From positions 329,087 through 393,086 of the forward strand of contig JAAOMT010000096.1 in NCBI GenBank assembly GCA_016748015.1: a DNA stretch of 64,000 nt. The letters are read 5' to 3'. The stretch is from Geosiphon pyriformis uo1 (taxonomy: Eukaryota; Fungi; Glomeromycota). Below, piece by piece: positions 25,311-38,563 of the stretch. Every line of letters begins with the position of its first letter. The stretch's first letter is position 1. The translations under genes and the position numbers were made by a program. The notes below the pieces were generated by a model. It saw nothing but the letters and a program-made list of their open reading frames with translations, was not told where the DNA came from and ran no database searches.

Positions 25311-27347
25311 TCAAAAGAATTTAGGTCGCTTAAAACCTGACAGCAGTCCCTTTAGCGACCATTTCGATGGCGAGATCTCGCCACTTTCACCCAAAAGTGT
25401 TCCAAGATTGCTACGATCACTATCATCTTCGGTTTCATTGTCATCATCTCCACAATCTTGGTCGTCGTCGTCGTCGTCGTTTTCTTTGCGTTCACGATGT
25501 TTGCGCTTGCCTACTTGTTTTGTGATAGCAATGTCAAGGGACAAACCCTCTTTGGGAAGTGGCTCACCGTTTGAAAATTTTGTGATTGTTTCTGTTTTTT
25601 GATCATCAGATGGGGCACCAACAAACTGTATGTCTTTCATCGAGTCAGATTCAGAGGAGCTGTCAACTTCGACGGTCAAAACTCTGTGAATCTTTTTACT
25701 GGGTTTCACAACTGTTTTGTACGTATGCTCTAGATCATCTTCATCACCGTTAGGTAATGGGATGCCATAGTCATCTTGATCAGGGTCAGCACGACGTTTA
25801 TCACCAACTTTATATTCTTTGACACTAATTGATCTTGAGGTAGGCTTAAGCTTCAAGAGATTTTCATTGTATTGTTTCATCTCCTGATCGTAATGATTTT
25901 TCGCGATATTATATCGATCTTGATAAACCTAGAAATACGATCGCAAACATGTTAAAATATGAGAGATCAAGGATAATAAGGACTTTAAACAAGACCCATT
26001 TTTTAACTAATAAACCAATTAACTGACTTGTTTGTCTTCTGCTGACATTGATCGCCACTGTTCGGATACGACTCGACCGATGTGTGGTGCGTTTAAAGCT
26101 CCGGGCGCTGAATTTGCCTTCATCAAGCCACATTGCTCGGCTAAATACATGGCGTAGGGATTAGCGGGTTTTTTTGGTCTGTTCACATCCTTTACCTTTA
26201 TCTTCTTGCCATTTTTGCGGAATTTCGGTGATTGATTAATAAATTTACGTGATTTCAACGAATCTAGATCACCAGAAGGGGTGTTCTGAATGATAACAGG
26301 ATGATTCGTTGATTTTAACGAAGAGATCTTGAAAACTGATTTTGAACTCTTCCCATTAGTCTCTTTGATATCGCGCAAAGTTGGAGGATTCTCTTCACGG
26401 TTCGCGTTGTAAATTTTCATATCTTCTGCATATTTCTTCTTTGAGATTTCGTAACGCTCTTCATATCGCTAATAATTGGGCAGATGGGATAGATGAGTAA
26501 TGAAATGATAATGATCCAGAAAATGATCTTTATTCAAGGTAATTGTAGGCAGGAAAAGTCACCTTTTTCTGATCATGAGGTAGGGCTTGCCATCTCTCTC
26601 CGACAACTTTACCAACTTGAGGCGCATGTAATCCACCACCAGATGAACCTTTTACCTTCATCTCATCACATTGTTCCACCAAGAACATCATGAAAGCGTT
26701 CGGTGGCTTTTTTGGACGATTAGGATCTTTGACTTTTTTCGGTTTCTTCTTACGACCACGTCGACTTTTTTGTACAAAAGCTGAGGGTTCCTCCTCTTCC
26801 ACCTCCCCCTCGACCTCGACCACCACCTCCACCTCCTCCTCTTCCATATGATACATGTCCAACACTTGAGGTATGAAATGTTTAATGACGGGAGTTTTTT
26901 TCATTTCTTCTTGTATCAAAAAATCTCGGGCAGGAGTGCGAGATATTTTTGGCGGTAGACTTGTCCCTTCTTGCATGATATATTTATGTACGGCTTGATC
27001 CCATGTCGCGCCGGTTTGATTCATTGATGTAACGGATAATTCGCGAAGGCTATAGAAAAGCCTTGCAAAATCCTCACTAGCTTTTTCGGCAGCGATTGCT
27101 GCCTATTATCATGGGGAAAATTTAAACAGTGGTTATATATAATATTATAAAACATTATCATGATAGAGAATGATTTGATCTTTCAAGTATATATTACCTT
27201 TTCAACCTTCTCTTTGATCGTTGTTAATCGATGATGATCGACCACGTTAGCATCCTCCATTAATCGTTGATCGACACGAAGGAATTCAATACCGAGGCTT
27301 TCGGGGGTGAAAGGTAACGATAAAATGGGTTTAGGAAAGTTTTCCAT
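25311..27347 (-). CDS. Double HMG-box (HMGB/Nhp6-like) protein, about 582 aa, 4 exons: 27347-27198, 27102-26563, 26468-26028, 25928-25311
   Basis: Three GT-AG phase-0 introns (95, 94 and 99 nt) join into one stop-free frame. Box 1: KDPNRPKKPPNAFMMF...VGERWQALPHDQKK/RYEERYEISKKKY. Box 2: KDVNRPKKPANPYAMY...VSEQWRSMSAEDKQ/VYQDRYNIAKNHY. Acidic tracts present. Confidence 0.9.
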
Positions 27348-28368
27348 TTCATAGAATACTACTACAATAATATCATGGTAGATATGAGGGAAACGCGATA
27401 AAAGGGATAGAGATATGTTAGTCAATTGAAAGAAGGACATTGATTACGTTGTGAAAGATTGATACTGGGCACAACTTGTAAAAGCTTATGCAAGTCACAT
27501 GATAAATCCAAAACAATGACAGGAAAGTAGAAGAATGTGTTTGTCTCTACCTAAGAAATCCCTGAAAGTTTTATCAGCAATATGCAAAAATGTGTTTGTC
27601 AAGGAAGATGTTTGTTCTAAATTAGACAAGAAAAACTATGATAGTGAGGATTTAAGTTTGAAATGGAGGGGGGAGAAGGGATGTTTTCAAGAATCGGTTC
27701 ACAATTTGTCAGGATCCCCGAAGGCTATTAGTAGAGGCTAAAGTAGTAAGCTTGAAAAGAGAAATGGGCTTGCCCCGAAGGAGCCAGGGAAAGGTAACAC
27801 ACCTTTCAAAGATTAACGAGGCAAACAGTTAAGGTTGTAAGAATCGATTGGAGACTAGGAAGAACGAATAAGAAAGTTTAAAGGTTATGACAAGGGGCGT
27901 ATTATGGTAAAAGAAATTTTTTCCAAAAGACCAGTGAGGGAAAATAAAGAAAAGTATTTTATAAGCAGACAAGATTCAGTGGATTTTTGAATGAGTGGAA
28001 AAAAATGGGAATGTTGTGTGTAGACAAATAACTATTTTTTAAGATAGAAATAGTTGTGTGTCAGTCAGTTTTTTGTTGTGGTTGGTCAATGTCAGCCTAT
28101 GATAATAGTGCAGATTTTAATAATAATAATCAATTGAAATTGATGCAAAAACTTGATTTTAAAATTTTTTTTACAATAGTAAAGAAAATTGAAATTGAGT
28201 CAATATCCGATATAGACTAATCACAATAGCTGATAGTTTGATTTTCGAATTCTCGAAAAAATACAGCTCACCAACCAATTTCGGAAATTCAACTGTTGAT
28301 TGATGATTATATTTATCATTCAACACACATTTCAAATTTTTTTTTTTTTTTTTTTACCTTTAAACATT

Positions 28369-28391
28369 CGACGACGACGACGACGACGACG

Positions 28392-28437
<46 letters not shown>
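28369..28437. repeat. Compound microsatellite (CGA)8(CAA)15
   Basis: Directly visible. Confidence 0.95.
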
Positions 28438-28763
28438 AATGAAGTTGGTTATTATTTAAGAGTTTTAACTAAATGTGGATATAGTCATTAAGATGATGAT
28501 GATGAGATGAGGTTTAAAAAATAATTTATTTTTCGTTTTTTTGATGATTATTCAAATATCCGGAGAAAGTTTGAGTTAGAAGTTGGTTTCTCAAAAAAAA
28601 AAAAAAAAAATTGGTATAGTTCTGAAATACAAATGATTAGAAAAAAGATCACGGTTTTTTAAGTTCACAAAAAGGAGTTTTAAAAGACTTTTGGGAATTC
28701 CTAATGTTGAGCATTTTTAATATGATAATTTAGAAATTTCCAATTCTGATATATGATTGATGA

Positions 28764-28800
28764 TGATTATGATTATGATTATGATTATGATTATGATTAT
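28764..28800. repeat. (GATTAT)n microsatellite
   Basis: About 6 tandem copies. Confidence 0.9.
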
Positions 28801-29003
28801 AGGGTGATTGAAAAGTGTTTTGATTGCAAAATGGGTGCCAAAATAGTTTGCTTAATGAATGAAAATTGCTAATCAGTGTTCCATTAAAAAAACTTTGAAG
28901 CAATTAGATTTCTAAATTTTGATTTTAAGTGCATATGTGTCTGTGTACATTAATAAATGAAAATTTCTGTGTTATCTTGGTAAACGACATGCAAATCACG
29001 AAT

Positions 29004-29038
<35 letters not shown>

Positions 29039-30086
29039 AATAAATAAATTAATAAAATATCAAAAATTATGATTTTTTAATAATGAATCTTAATTTGAAA
29101 AAGTATAACGTTCAGAAAGTTTTCCCGATACCCTATTTAGTGAAAGGTTAAAATTTTAAAACTATCAGAATTTGTGATAAAAAAAGCTTATAAGGTTCCT
29201 GAATAATAAATGTGATAATTATAAATTATAAATTATTTCTAAAAGAAAAGATTTTTCATTTTCAAATAGTCTGATCTAAACTTTAAATATAATTATAGAT
29301 GATTAATTTTCAATTAATTCAAGTTTCGATATTCAAAATTTAAGATTTAAATAAAAAAGAAAAACCTTTTTTCAAGTTCAGATTTAATATAAATCTCGAC
29401 TAAAAAGTTTTACCAATTAATTATTAGTCTTATCTGAATATTTATCTTTAGTTAATTCCAAAGAAAAAAAAAAAGCTTTTCCACAAATATCTTCAAATAA
29501 TTATAATGATTAAATTTTCATCAAATTAATTATTGATAATGAGAAATATCGTTTAATTTATCAAAATATAAATTAATCAGTTATAAATTGCATATATTTT
29601 TTATATTAAAAGAATATATGAGGGTAATACAATTGAAAATCGTTTCTGAACTTGATTCATCCTCAAGCTACGATAGAAAAAGATAAAATGCATTTAAGGT
29701 GTGGAAAATCTTACAAATCTGACAAAAAAGAAATAGTGAAAAATTAACAATCAACACAACATAAACGCACAACTTTTGAAATTTTTTGCATGGAATTAAA
29801 AAAAAAATCGTTTTTTGTTGTATTCTGTTGTTTTATTCTTTTGTACATTTCTAAGTTTTCTTTTGGGTTGATCTTCATCTTCATCGGGGTACTATCTAAA
29901 GGGTTAAAATCGAAGAAATATAATTGAAAGAAAGTTTTATTACGCATAGAATATTAGATTCGTAATAAAATCATTAAAACTTGATGCCTATCAGAACTTT
30001 GGTATGTTTTCATCTTAAGAGTTTTAAAAAAAAGTACAAAAATATACAGTAATAATAGTAATAGTCATAGTAGTCCCCAATGCTGG

Positions 30087-30134
<48 letters not shown>

Positions 30135-30143
30135 AATCATCAT
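30087..30143. repeat. (CAT)n microsatellite
   Basis: Directly visible. Confidence 0.95.
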
Positions 30144-30697
30144 CGTAATCAAGTTTGTGGCACCGCCTCTGGAAAGTTTTTAATTTCCAATGGCTTTGAA
30201 GTTAATTATCATAATCAAAAACTTGAAATTTGAAAATTTTTATAGCCTCAAAAAAATTTTTAATTTCTTAGCTGGCGCTTTTTGCACTGCCTGAGTAACT
30301 TTAAATTTATGGCTTTTATAAATTTGTCAAAATATTTATCGAAAATTACAAATTTTTAAACAAAATCCAAACATCAACGATCCCGAGAAAAAAACGTGAC
30401 ATCTTTTTTTTAATCCTTTTTTTGAACAGTATTAAAAAATGTAAAACTTTGACGATTTTTCACTTAATCTAAAAAGTAGATATTATTATTTTGTAAATAA
30501 TATACAAGTAATAAAAAAGTTTTTTTCTTAAATGAGGCTTCAAAAAAAAAAAAAAAAAAAATTTCAGGGACTAACAAGTTTTTAAAAAAAGCTTAGATTG
30601 GTAGAACCCTCCAATTTTCCCATTGTTTAAAAGAAACCCCTGATTGATTTCTTCTAATGTTTAAATTATCTTTCTGAATATTTATTAGAAACATATT

Positions 30698-30733
30698 TTA
30701 CTTAGTTGGTTACTTAGTTGGTTACTTAGTTGG

Positions 30734-30764
<31 letters not shown>

Positions 30765-30769
30765 GTTGG

Positions 30770-30808
<39 letters not shown>

Positions 30809-30821
30809 TTACTTGCTTGCT
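30698..30821. repeat. Compound tetranucleotide repeat: (TTAC)n mixed with (TTACTTAGTTGG)n
   Basis: Directly visible; the 4-nt register is kept throughout. Confidence 0.9.
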
Positions 30822-32040
30822 TTTTGTTTTCCCTGAACTTTCTACTGGTACTCCTTGTTTTATAATAGCATTTTCTCAAATTCTTATATAATAAATATTA
30901 TTAAACTTTAACAGGATTTCACACGAACCAAATATGAATTTTAAATGCTAAAAGAATCTTCATTCAGGTGATACTTATCACTAAATACTTGAAAAAATAC
31001 CACACAAACACACAAATATTAAAAATTATCCCCCATAACTACCTTTTTTATCATTTAAAATTCAAACTCTTATATATGCGTCTTGATTAAAATTATCAGT
31101 GAAACCATCGATTTTGTGACATGTGATCTTTTAATACGAAATTTAAAGTTAATTCCCGGAGACCATTTTCAACATATTCGGTTCGGATCATTGTTTTTCG
31201 GGCTTTCTTCGATTATTTTCAAATGAAAATAATTATGCTGAAAAATACAATGTTTATATGTACATGTATATCAAAAAGATGCTTTCTTCATTCAAAATTG
31301 AAATCTGAACAGCTGACCATTATCAGAGAATTAATTTTAATTGTGAGTATTTAATTGATATTATTAAAGGTATTCTGAAAATAACTTATCTGTAAAATAT
31401 ATATATATATATATATATCAAATTTAATTGACAAACTTGATCATTTTAAATTTGGTAATAATCATGTACAGGAGGAATCAACCAACAGAAAAACTTTACT
31501 CGTTTCCAGAAAATGTTTCATTTTGACTATCTTTTTTTTTTTTTTTTTTTTTTTTCCAGAACTACCTGAATCTCGTTAACCTCATCATGAGTTCCATTAA
31601 CTTTGAATGATGTGGGAATTTTCTAAAAATTCGATATTTTTTTAATTCATTACATCTCCTCCCCTCCCCTCTCCTCAGCAAAAAGAAAAAAAAGAATCTA
31701 ACGTTCAGTATACGATACATAATATCCAAAATAGAACAGCATGAAAATTTCCTATTTTTACATGCAATTATTCATGTTTTTTCACAAATGATTGCTCCCC
31801 ATTATATTTATACTTTTACTAATCATAGACGCCAGGTAATTCAACATTAAAAATTCTTATCATTCTTTAATTAAATAAATAAAAATACTAGCTTTTATCC
31901 AATATATAAAACTATTTTGACATGATCCATGCACTTTATAAAAAAAAATTTATTCTTCATATGGTGATTTTTCATTACCTCTTGTTGATAAAATTAGGCT
32001 TTCTCGACTCCTCATCATCATCTTATCAAGACTTTTTCCA

Positions 32041-32072
<32 letters not shown>

Positions 32073-34499
32073 AAGTTTCGATGACATGCGGTGACAGTAA
32101 TTTGAAAGGAGAACTGATAGGATCAACATAAAGCATCTGATCACGAAACTTTTTCGTCACTCCTAATAATAACTTACTGATTACACCCTATTTTTTCTTT
32201 TTCTTTTTTTTGATTTCTTTGTGTTCAATTATTCCACAGACAGTAGTAGGGGATTAAGGATTGTCAAAAGATATTACTAAAATTGACTCAAGGGTCATTG
32301 AAAGTTTTTTAAAAAACTAAACATTTCCCGAAGATGATTTGAAGATCGATTTTTAATGATACGTTTTAAGTAAGACTCATCTTGAGATAACGTAGAAGGA
32401 AAGTTAAAAAAATTTCTTGAAATGTTACTTTATCGTGAGATTTGCATTTTCTATTTCTAAACCATTGAAAAAGTTATGCCAACCAGCATGATCGTTTTAG
32501 GAATATCCCAAAATATCAAACATTTTTGAAAGATATCAGATAATAATACTAAAAACTTTTGAAAAACAAATTTTGTCATAGCTTTAATATCGGTGATGTT
32601 AATCGAAACTTCTCTTACTTTCATTAAATGGGCAGACCATTGTTGAAAAATTCTTACCTATTTATGTCGTTTTCGAGATTTATATCTAGGAGACTTGACT
32701 ATTTTATGATTTCTATGGGTTATAAAACTATTATAAGATTCCCAATAATATAATAACCATTGTGATTATGAAAGCAATCATGAGCCAAAGAAAGCAAAAT
32801 TAAACGTTCTAACATTGAAAATTCAATTAAGCCTACAACCAATGCGTGCTAATTAAACAATTTTAAAAATGATACTTTTGGTTTACATTTAAAACATCAA
32901 TTTTCTCTTGAGTGTGTATTGCCAGCTTTCAGATCATTTACTCAACGTTACAAAATTGTGGTCAGATCATTATTGCATACACAGAGCGAAATAATCATAA
33001 AGAGTCATCTTTCGCCGTTATGCAGCAAAATTAAGATATAATTAGGCCTACAATCGAATTCAACGACATTGTCAACACTATAGAACTTTCACAAGGTCTC
33101 TCTGTTCTTGATTTGATTCAAAAGGTTCAACTGCGTGTGAGGCATATAATTTTGTCTTTGTATGCTAATTTTTATAATTATAAGAAATACATTTCTTAGA
33201 CTAAACTCTAAATATTCAAATTTGAACCTTAACTTTTTGCATCCTTGACTAAAATCAATATATCCTTTTCAAGAAAATTCCTAAGAACTTAGCCTTATTG
33301 TTAATTTGTTTCAAGGGGATTGTACGGGGCAAATGTCTCACCATTAAAAATGAAAATTAAGCTTGAATCTTTTTTTTAAAATATTTTACTCTCACTTTTT
33401 TTTCTTTTTTTCTTGTTCCTACAAATATTATCGAGGAAAATTTCAATTAATTAAATTTTGAACACTAAAAAATTAGCCAACTTTTAACTGGTGAAATATA
33501 TTGAAACTTTAAATCCCTAATCTTTCAAAATCCCTTTGTAAACTCCCGAGATTTTTAATTTTGGTAAGAGTATTCAACCGTTGCGTGTTTTATGCATCAA
33601 TTGCATGGTATCAACATGTTTCAGCCTTCATAATATTCATTTGCCTATCTATTATCGCGGAAAATCAAATTTCTTTTGTGGCTGACATATCTTGAGGCTT
33701 TAGATACTCAAAATCCATCTAGCCATAATCATATAAGCGCCTCTGGCTCAACAACGGACAGGGTGGCCGAACATATATTATATTGCAATGTTGTCCCCAG
33801 ATTGAGATTGATAGTTAATAACTTGACCAATTTCAGATTCTCTAACTCGGTTCATGAAAAGAAGAATAGGATTGAAATGTAAATTTAGAAATTAATATCA
33901 TAGCAAACATGAATATCCTAGGTCATCTTGCGCAAACTAGGATTACTCACATGTGAAAATTCACCATTATTCTATATACATGTATTTGATTCAACATCAT
34001 TATTCGTAATTAATTCCGATAGTGAAAACTTAATACCCATACTCAGAATCCTAAAGGTGTGAACTCGCATCAAAGCCCAAAATTTAAGATTCTTTTGATG
34101 TGTGAAATCATCCTCACTTTAACAGCCTTCATTTCTTATACTCGAAAAATTAAGTATGAAAATGTTTCCCTAATCCTTTCTCTGTTGCTTATATGGGTGT
34201 ACTGCAAATAAAGTGAACTTGTGACGTCAGATTCTCTTCATTACCGGTTAGAGTTCCATCAATAACACTGAAAATGACAAGGTTTGGTATTCTTTATAAT
34301 CTTTGAATGTGTTCATTATACTAGTTTTCAACAGCTTAAACTCCCAACTGCCAATTCAGAACTCCAGATGAAGTTGTTTCTTATAACGCAGGAATTTTTT
34401 ACTATATTAATCACATAATTGATACAATTTATCATGGTTTTCCAATAAAGCTTTTTAATCGGACCAAAAAACTATCATTACATTTAAATTTGCTAAAAA

Positions 34500-37400
34500 G
34501 ATAATTAATTAGGGTATGTATAACCTTTGTCTTGTAAAAACTAAATAATATATCTTACTTTTTTATTGATTTTAATATAACATATATATTTTGAAAACTC
34601 AAATATAAAAATTTATTTTTAAATTGTAAAAATAAACTTTTAATAATTGTATATATAAAAATGACCAATTTTTTGTTCTTAAAAGTGTTATAATTCCAAA
34701 GTTAATATGTTATAAACTTTAATACTTTTGTAAACAGTATTTAATTGTTAAAATATCTTAAGTTTTAATGGAAAACCCAATTTACAACCAATCTAAATAT
34801 GTAAAAATATATTATATTGAAAAGTTTAATTATTAAATTATTTTTAAATTGAAATATTTTATCTTTTTTTTTCAAAAAAAAAGAAATGAATAAAAACCAA
34901 AAAAGAAAAAAATTAACTTAATTCTAAAAATAATAATAAAACAAATATTAATTTTTTATATTTGTTTTTTTAAACCAATAATAAAACTGCCTTTTTTATT
35001 ACTGCTCAAATGACCAAAAAAGCTAGCATTAATTATAATATTTATTTATTTATTTTTGGTTTTAGATTATAACAACAATAATATGTTTACAAATTTTGGT
35101 TTAAATTAGTTTTTAATTAATTATTACCAATTTAAAAAGCAAAACAATTTACATTTTAACATATAATTTTACTCAATTATATTATTAAATTAATAAAAAA
35201 AAATTTAAAACACTATTACAATAAACTTTTTAAGTATTTTTCAGTTTATAATATTGTTAAAATTGAAATTTTAAATAATTTATGTAAAAGTTTTTTGAAA
35301 TTAATTTATTTATAATAATTGTTTTTTGTTTACATACTTTGTTATTATAATTTTTAATTATATATTCATAAATATAATTTTTATTTTATAAAACTTTGAT
35401 TAAAAACTATTTTAATTAATAATTTTATTTTTTTTATATTTAATATTGTATATTTTAATAATAAACTAGTTTTTTGCTTATTTTAAAACACTATTTTTAG
35501 CTTTAAATAAAAATTTTTCTTGTTCAAAATTTTTTTTAAGTAACTAATTAAGATTAATTTTAATTAATAAATAAAAACAGTTATAATTACATTAAAAAAC
35601 TTAAAATAAATAATAATATATTTTTAATATTTACAAATTTTAATTTAATTAATAATAGAAAATAAAATATAAATTTAAAAATTATTAAAGATTTAATAAT
35701 TTTAAAAGTAAAAAAATAGATAAAATTAACAAATTTAATTCAAATAATAGTATTTAAAAAAATTTAAAAAGCAAATTTTATATAACGCATTTTTATATTG
35801 TTTTTAGAAACTAATTTTGTATTAATAAAATTATATAAAGCCAATTTAATTAATATACAAGTATTTAGTTTGGTTTTATTAATTTTTATTAAACAGCAAA
35901 CTATTTTAATAGTTTTCAAGTGTATTTTTTTATTAGTGTAGTTAATATTTATTTAAATAATTAGATAATACTTGATGTTTATGTTTTAGAATCTAATTCA
36001 TTTAGGTCTAATGTTTATAATAGTTATTAGATTGAAAAAAAACAGATTTGTAATTTTATAAATAATAAAAATATTAATATTAAGTAAACTAAAATTAAAG
36101 ATTATTTTGGTATTTTAATTAATATAATTGCAAATAAATTAATTGGTATTATTGTTAATTTTTTATTTATTTTTGGTTTTAGTAAATAAAAGCTATTTTT
36201 AGATAAATAGTATGATTATCTTAAATAATACTTATTATTTTGTTTATTAAATTTATTAGTTAATTAAATATACTAAATAGAAAGTTAAGTATATACTAAT
36301 ATAATTTCTTATAATATAATTTTAGATATTAATTAACATTATATAACTATTATTTAACAGCTAAATTTACATATAATTTCTAGTTATACTAGCAGATTTA
36401 TAAGTAATTTATGTATATATTTTATAAAAAGTATTTATAAATAACTTTCTATTACTGTTTAAAAATAATTATATAATTAATAATATTTTAAAGAAAATTG
36501 TCTTTATTTTAAAGATATTAAATTCTTGAATTATGTTTTTATATATGTATTTAATACTAATATTTAGTTGAATTTTTTAAATAATTTATTAAAGTTTTGA
36601 TTTTTTTATATAAGTATTATAATTTTTTGTTTTTTATAATATAGTTTTTGAATTTTGGTGTTTTAAATATTTTAATTTATATAGTTTTGTGTAAATATAT
36701 GGTTTTTAATAATTGGTATACTAATATATTAACAGTTTTTGTTAATTTGCTATTTTTCTCTTAGTTTATTTAAAGATGTCAAATTTATTTAACTATTTAT
36801 AATTAAATTTGTTTATTGATTAATAAAAATTATAAAAAAAATTTAGTTGTATTAATTTAAATATAAAATAGCAATAAAAAAATGGTTTAATAAATAATTT
36901 GTATATTATTTTTTATTATTTACATAATTCAACAGCAAGTTTATTAGATAAGATTATTTGGTTATTAGATATTAATAAAGCTATATTTATTAGTTTTAAG
37001 TTATATAGTTAATATTTTTTTCTGATTTAAATAGTAATATTAATATAAAAATAAGTGTATAATATAGTTATGGCTAATTTAAGTAATTAATTATGTATAG
37101 CAAAAACATAAATTGTATTTAATTATAAATTTTTGGTTATATATATATATTAAGTAACAATTAGACTATATTTATAAAATAAATAAAAAAAAGTTTTTAT
37201 AAAATTATAATATGTTTTTTTATTTTATACTATTATTATATTTAATGTGTAAATTTATTTATTATCTAATATAATAAAATCTTTAAAAGTTTTTAAATTA
37301 ATTATAAATTATGTATTTTTTATATATAACTAAATTTAAGTCTAATTTAAACTAAATTAAATTAAATTTACAAGTAGAAATCTATTTTAAAAAGCTATTT

Positions 37401-37749
37401 TATATATAATTGTAATTAAAATTTTACTATTTATAATAATATTAATTAATTATTTAATAATTTATTTGTATTCTATTAATATTAAAAGATTAAAGTTTCT
37501 AAAAAAATATTAAATAAACATAAGTTTTATTATTTAATACATTATTTTATTTATTATTATTAATATTAATATTATTATTATTATTTATTAAATCAAAACC
37601 AATATTATTTTTATTTTTATTCTTAATTAAAAAAGAACTAATCTTGTATAAATATTTGTCAAAAACAAATATCTAATTTTTAATATTATAAATTGCATTT
37701 TTAAGCTTAATATGTATTACAAAAAGAGTGTTTAAAAAAGTAATAATTT
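34500..37749. other. Extremely AT-rich relic, probably a hypermutated transposon that can no longer be identified
   Basis: Composition resembles the adjacent Gypsy relic; CpG is almost absent; no readable motifs. Boundaries are approximate. Confidence 0.4.
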
Positions 37750-38282
37750 ATAGCTAATTAATTTTAAAATATTAGTTTTAAATAAGTAATTTTAAATGAT
37801 AATAATTAAAAATTTAAGTTTTTCAAAGTGATATTTATTAAATTAATTTATAGTAGTTAATTATTGGTTTTAAAATAAGATATTTAATGTAATATTTTAA
37901 GAAAGATATATTTTTTCAAAAAAAAAATCTTTTTTTTTATATAATTAGTATTTTTTTTCCTAATATTTTAGTAAATTAAAAATACATTTTGTCAAACTAC
38001 AAGTTATTTTTGTAAATTATAAATTATTTTAGTAAACTGTTAAATTTTTAAACATTTTGGTAAATTTTAAATATTATATAATTCAATATATTATATAATC
38101 TAATTATTACAATTTGATTATATTTATATTCTATATAAATTAAATTATTAATTGAATAATAAATTTAAATAATTTAATAAAATAATAAATAACAAATTAA
38201 AATAATAATATATATTAATTAATAATAAAAATTATAAAGATAATTTTATGTTAAATAATAATTCAAATTTTTATTAGTAATA
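37750..38282 (-). mobile_element. Inverted 5' half of an LTR
   Basis: Reverse complement of about 46627-47180. Ends ATTAGTAATA, a degenerate ACTGGTAACA. Confidence 0.8.
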
Positions 38283-38563
38283 TTGCTATAAATATCAAAA
38301 TTTAGATTATTTGTTTGTTAATTGTAAAGTATTACTATTTTTTTTTAAGCTATCTGTCAAGTTTTTTGTTGGTTTTAAGTTTTTTATATTATTTTTATTA
38401 ATAAAAAATTTTATGTAAAGATTTTTGCTTTTTTGACTTCTTTTTTTACTGCTTTTGTAATTGTTTTTGTTGTTAATTTTGTGACTAAATCAAGATTAAA
38501 TTTTTTGAAATTTGAAATTTTGAATTTAATCTTTTTAATCAAATCTATTAAGTTAATTGGCAC

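Noticed and set aside
25311-27347. Mucorales-type sex locus (SexM/SexP) or MATA-HMG gene
   Set aside because: The boxes are HMGB/Nhp6-type (KDPNRPKKP) and there are two of them. No flanking triose-phosphate transporter or RNA helicase gene is seen in the window.
28300-28491. Poly-Arg/poly-Gln ORF
   Set aside because: It is the translation of a T-run plus a (CGA)n(CAA)n microsatellite, with no other coding signal.
30698-30821. Interstitial telomeric repeat
   Set aside because: No TTAGGG units; it is a TTAC-register microsatellite with variants.
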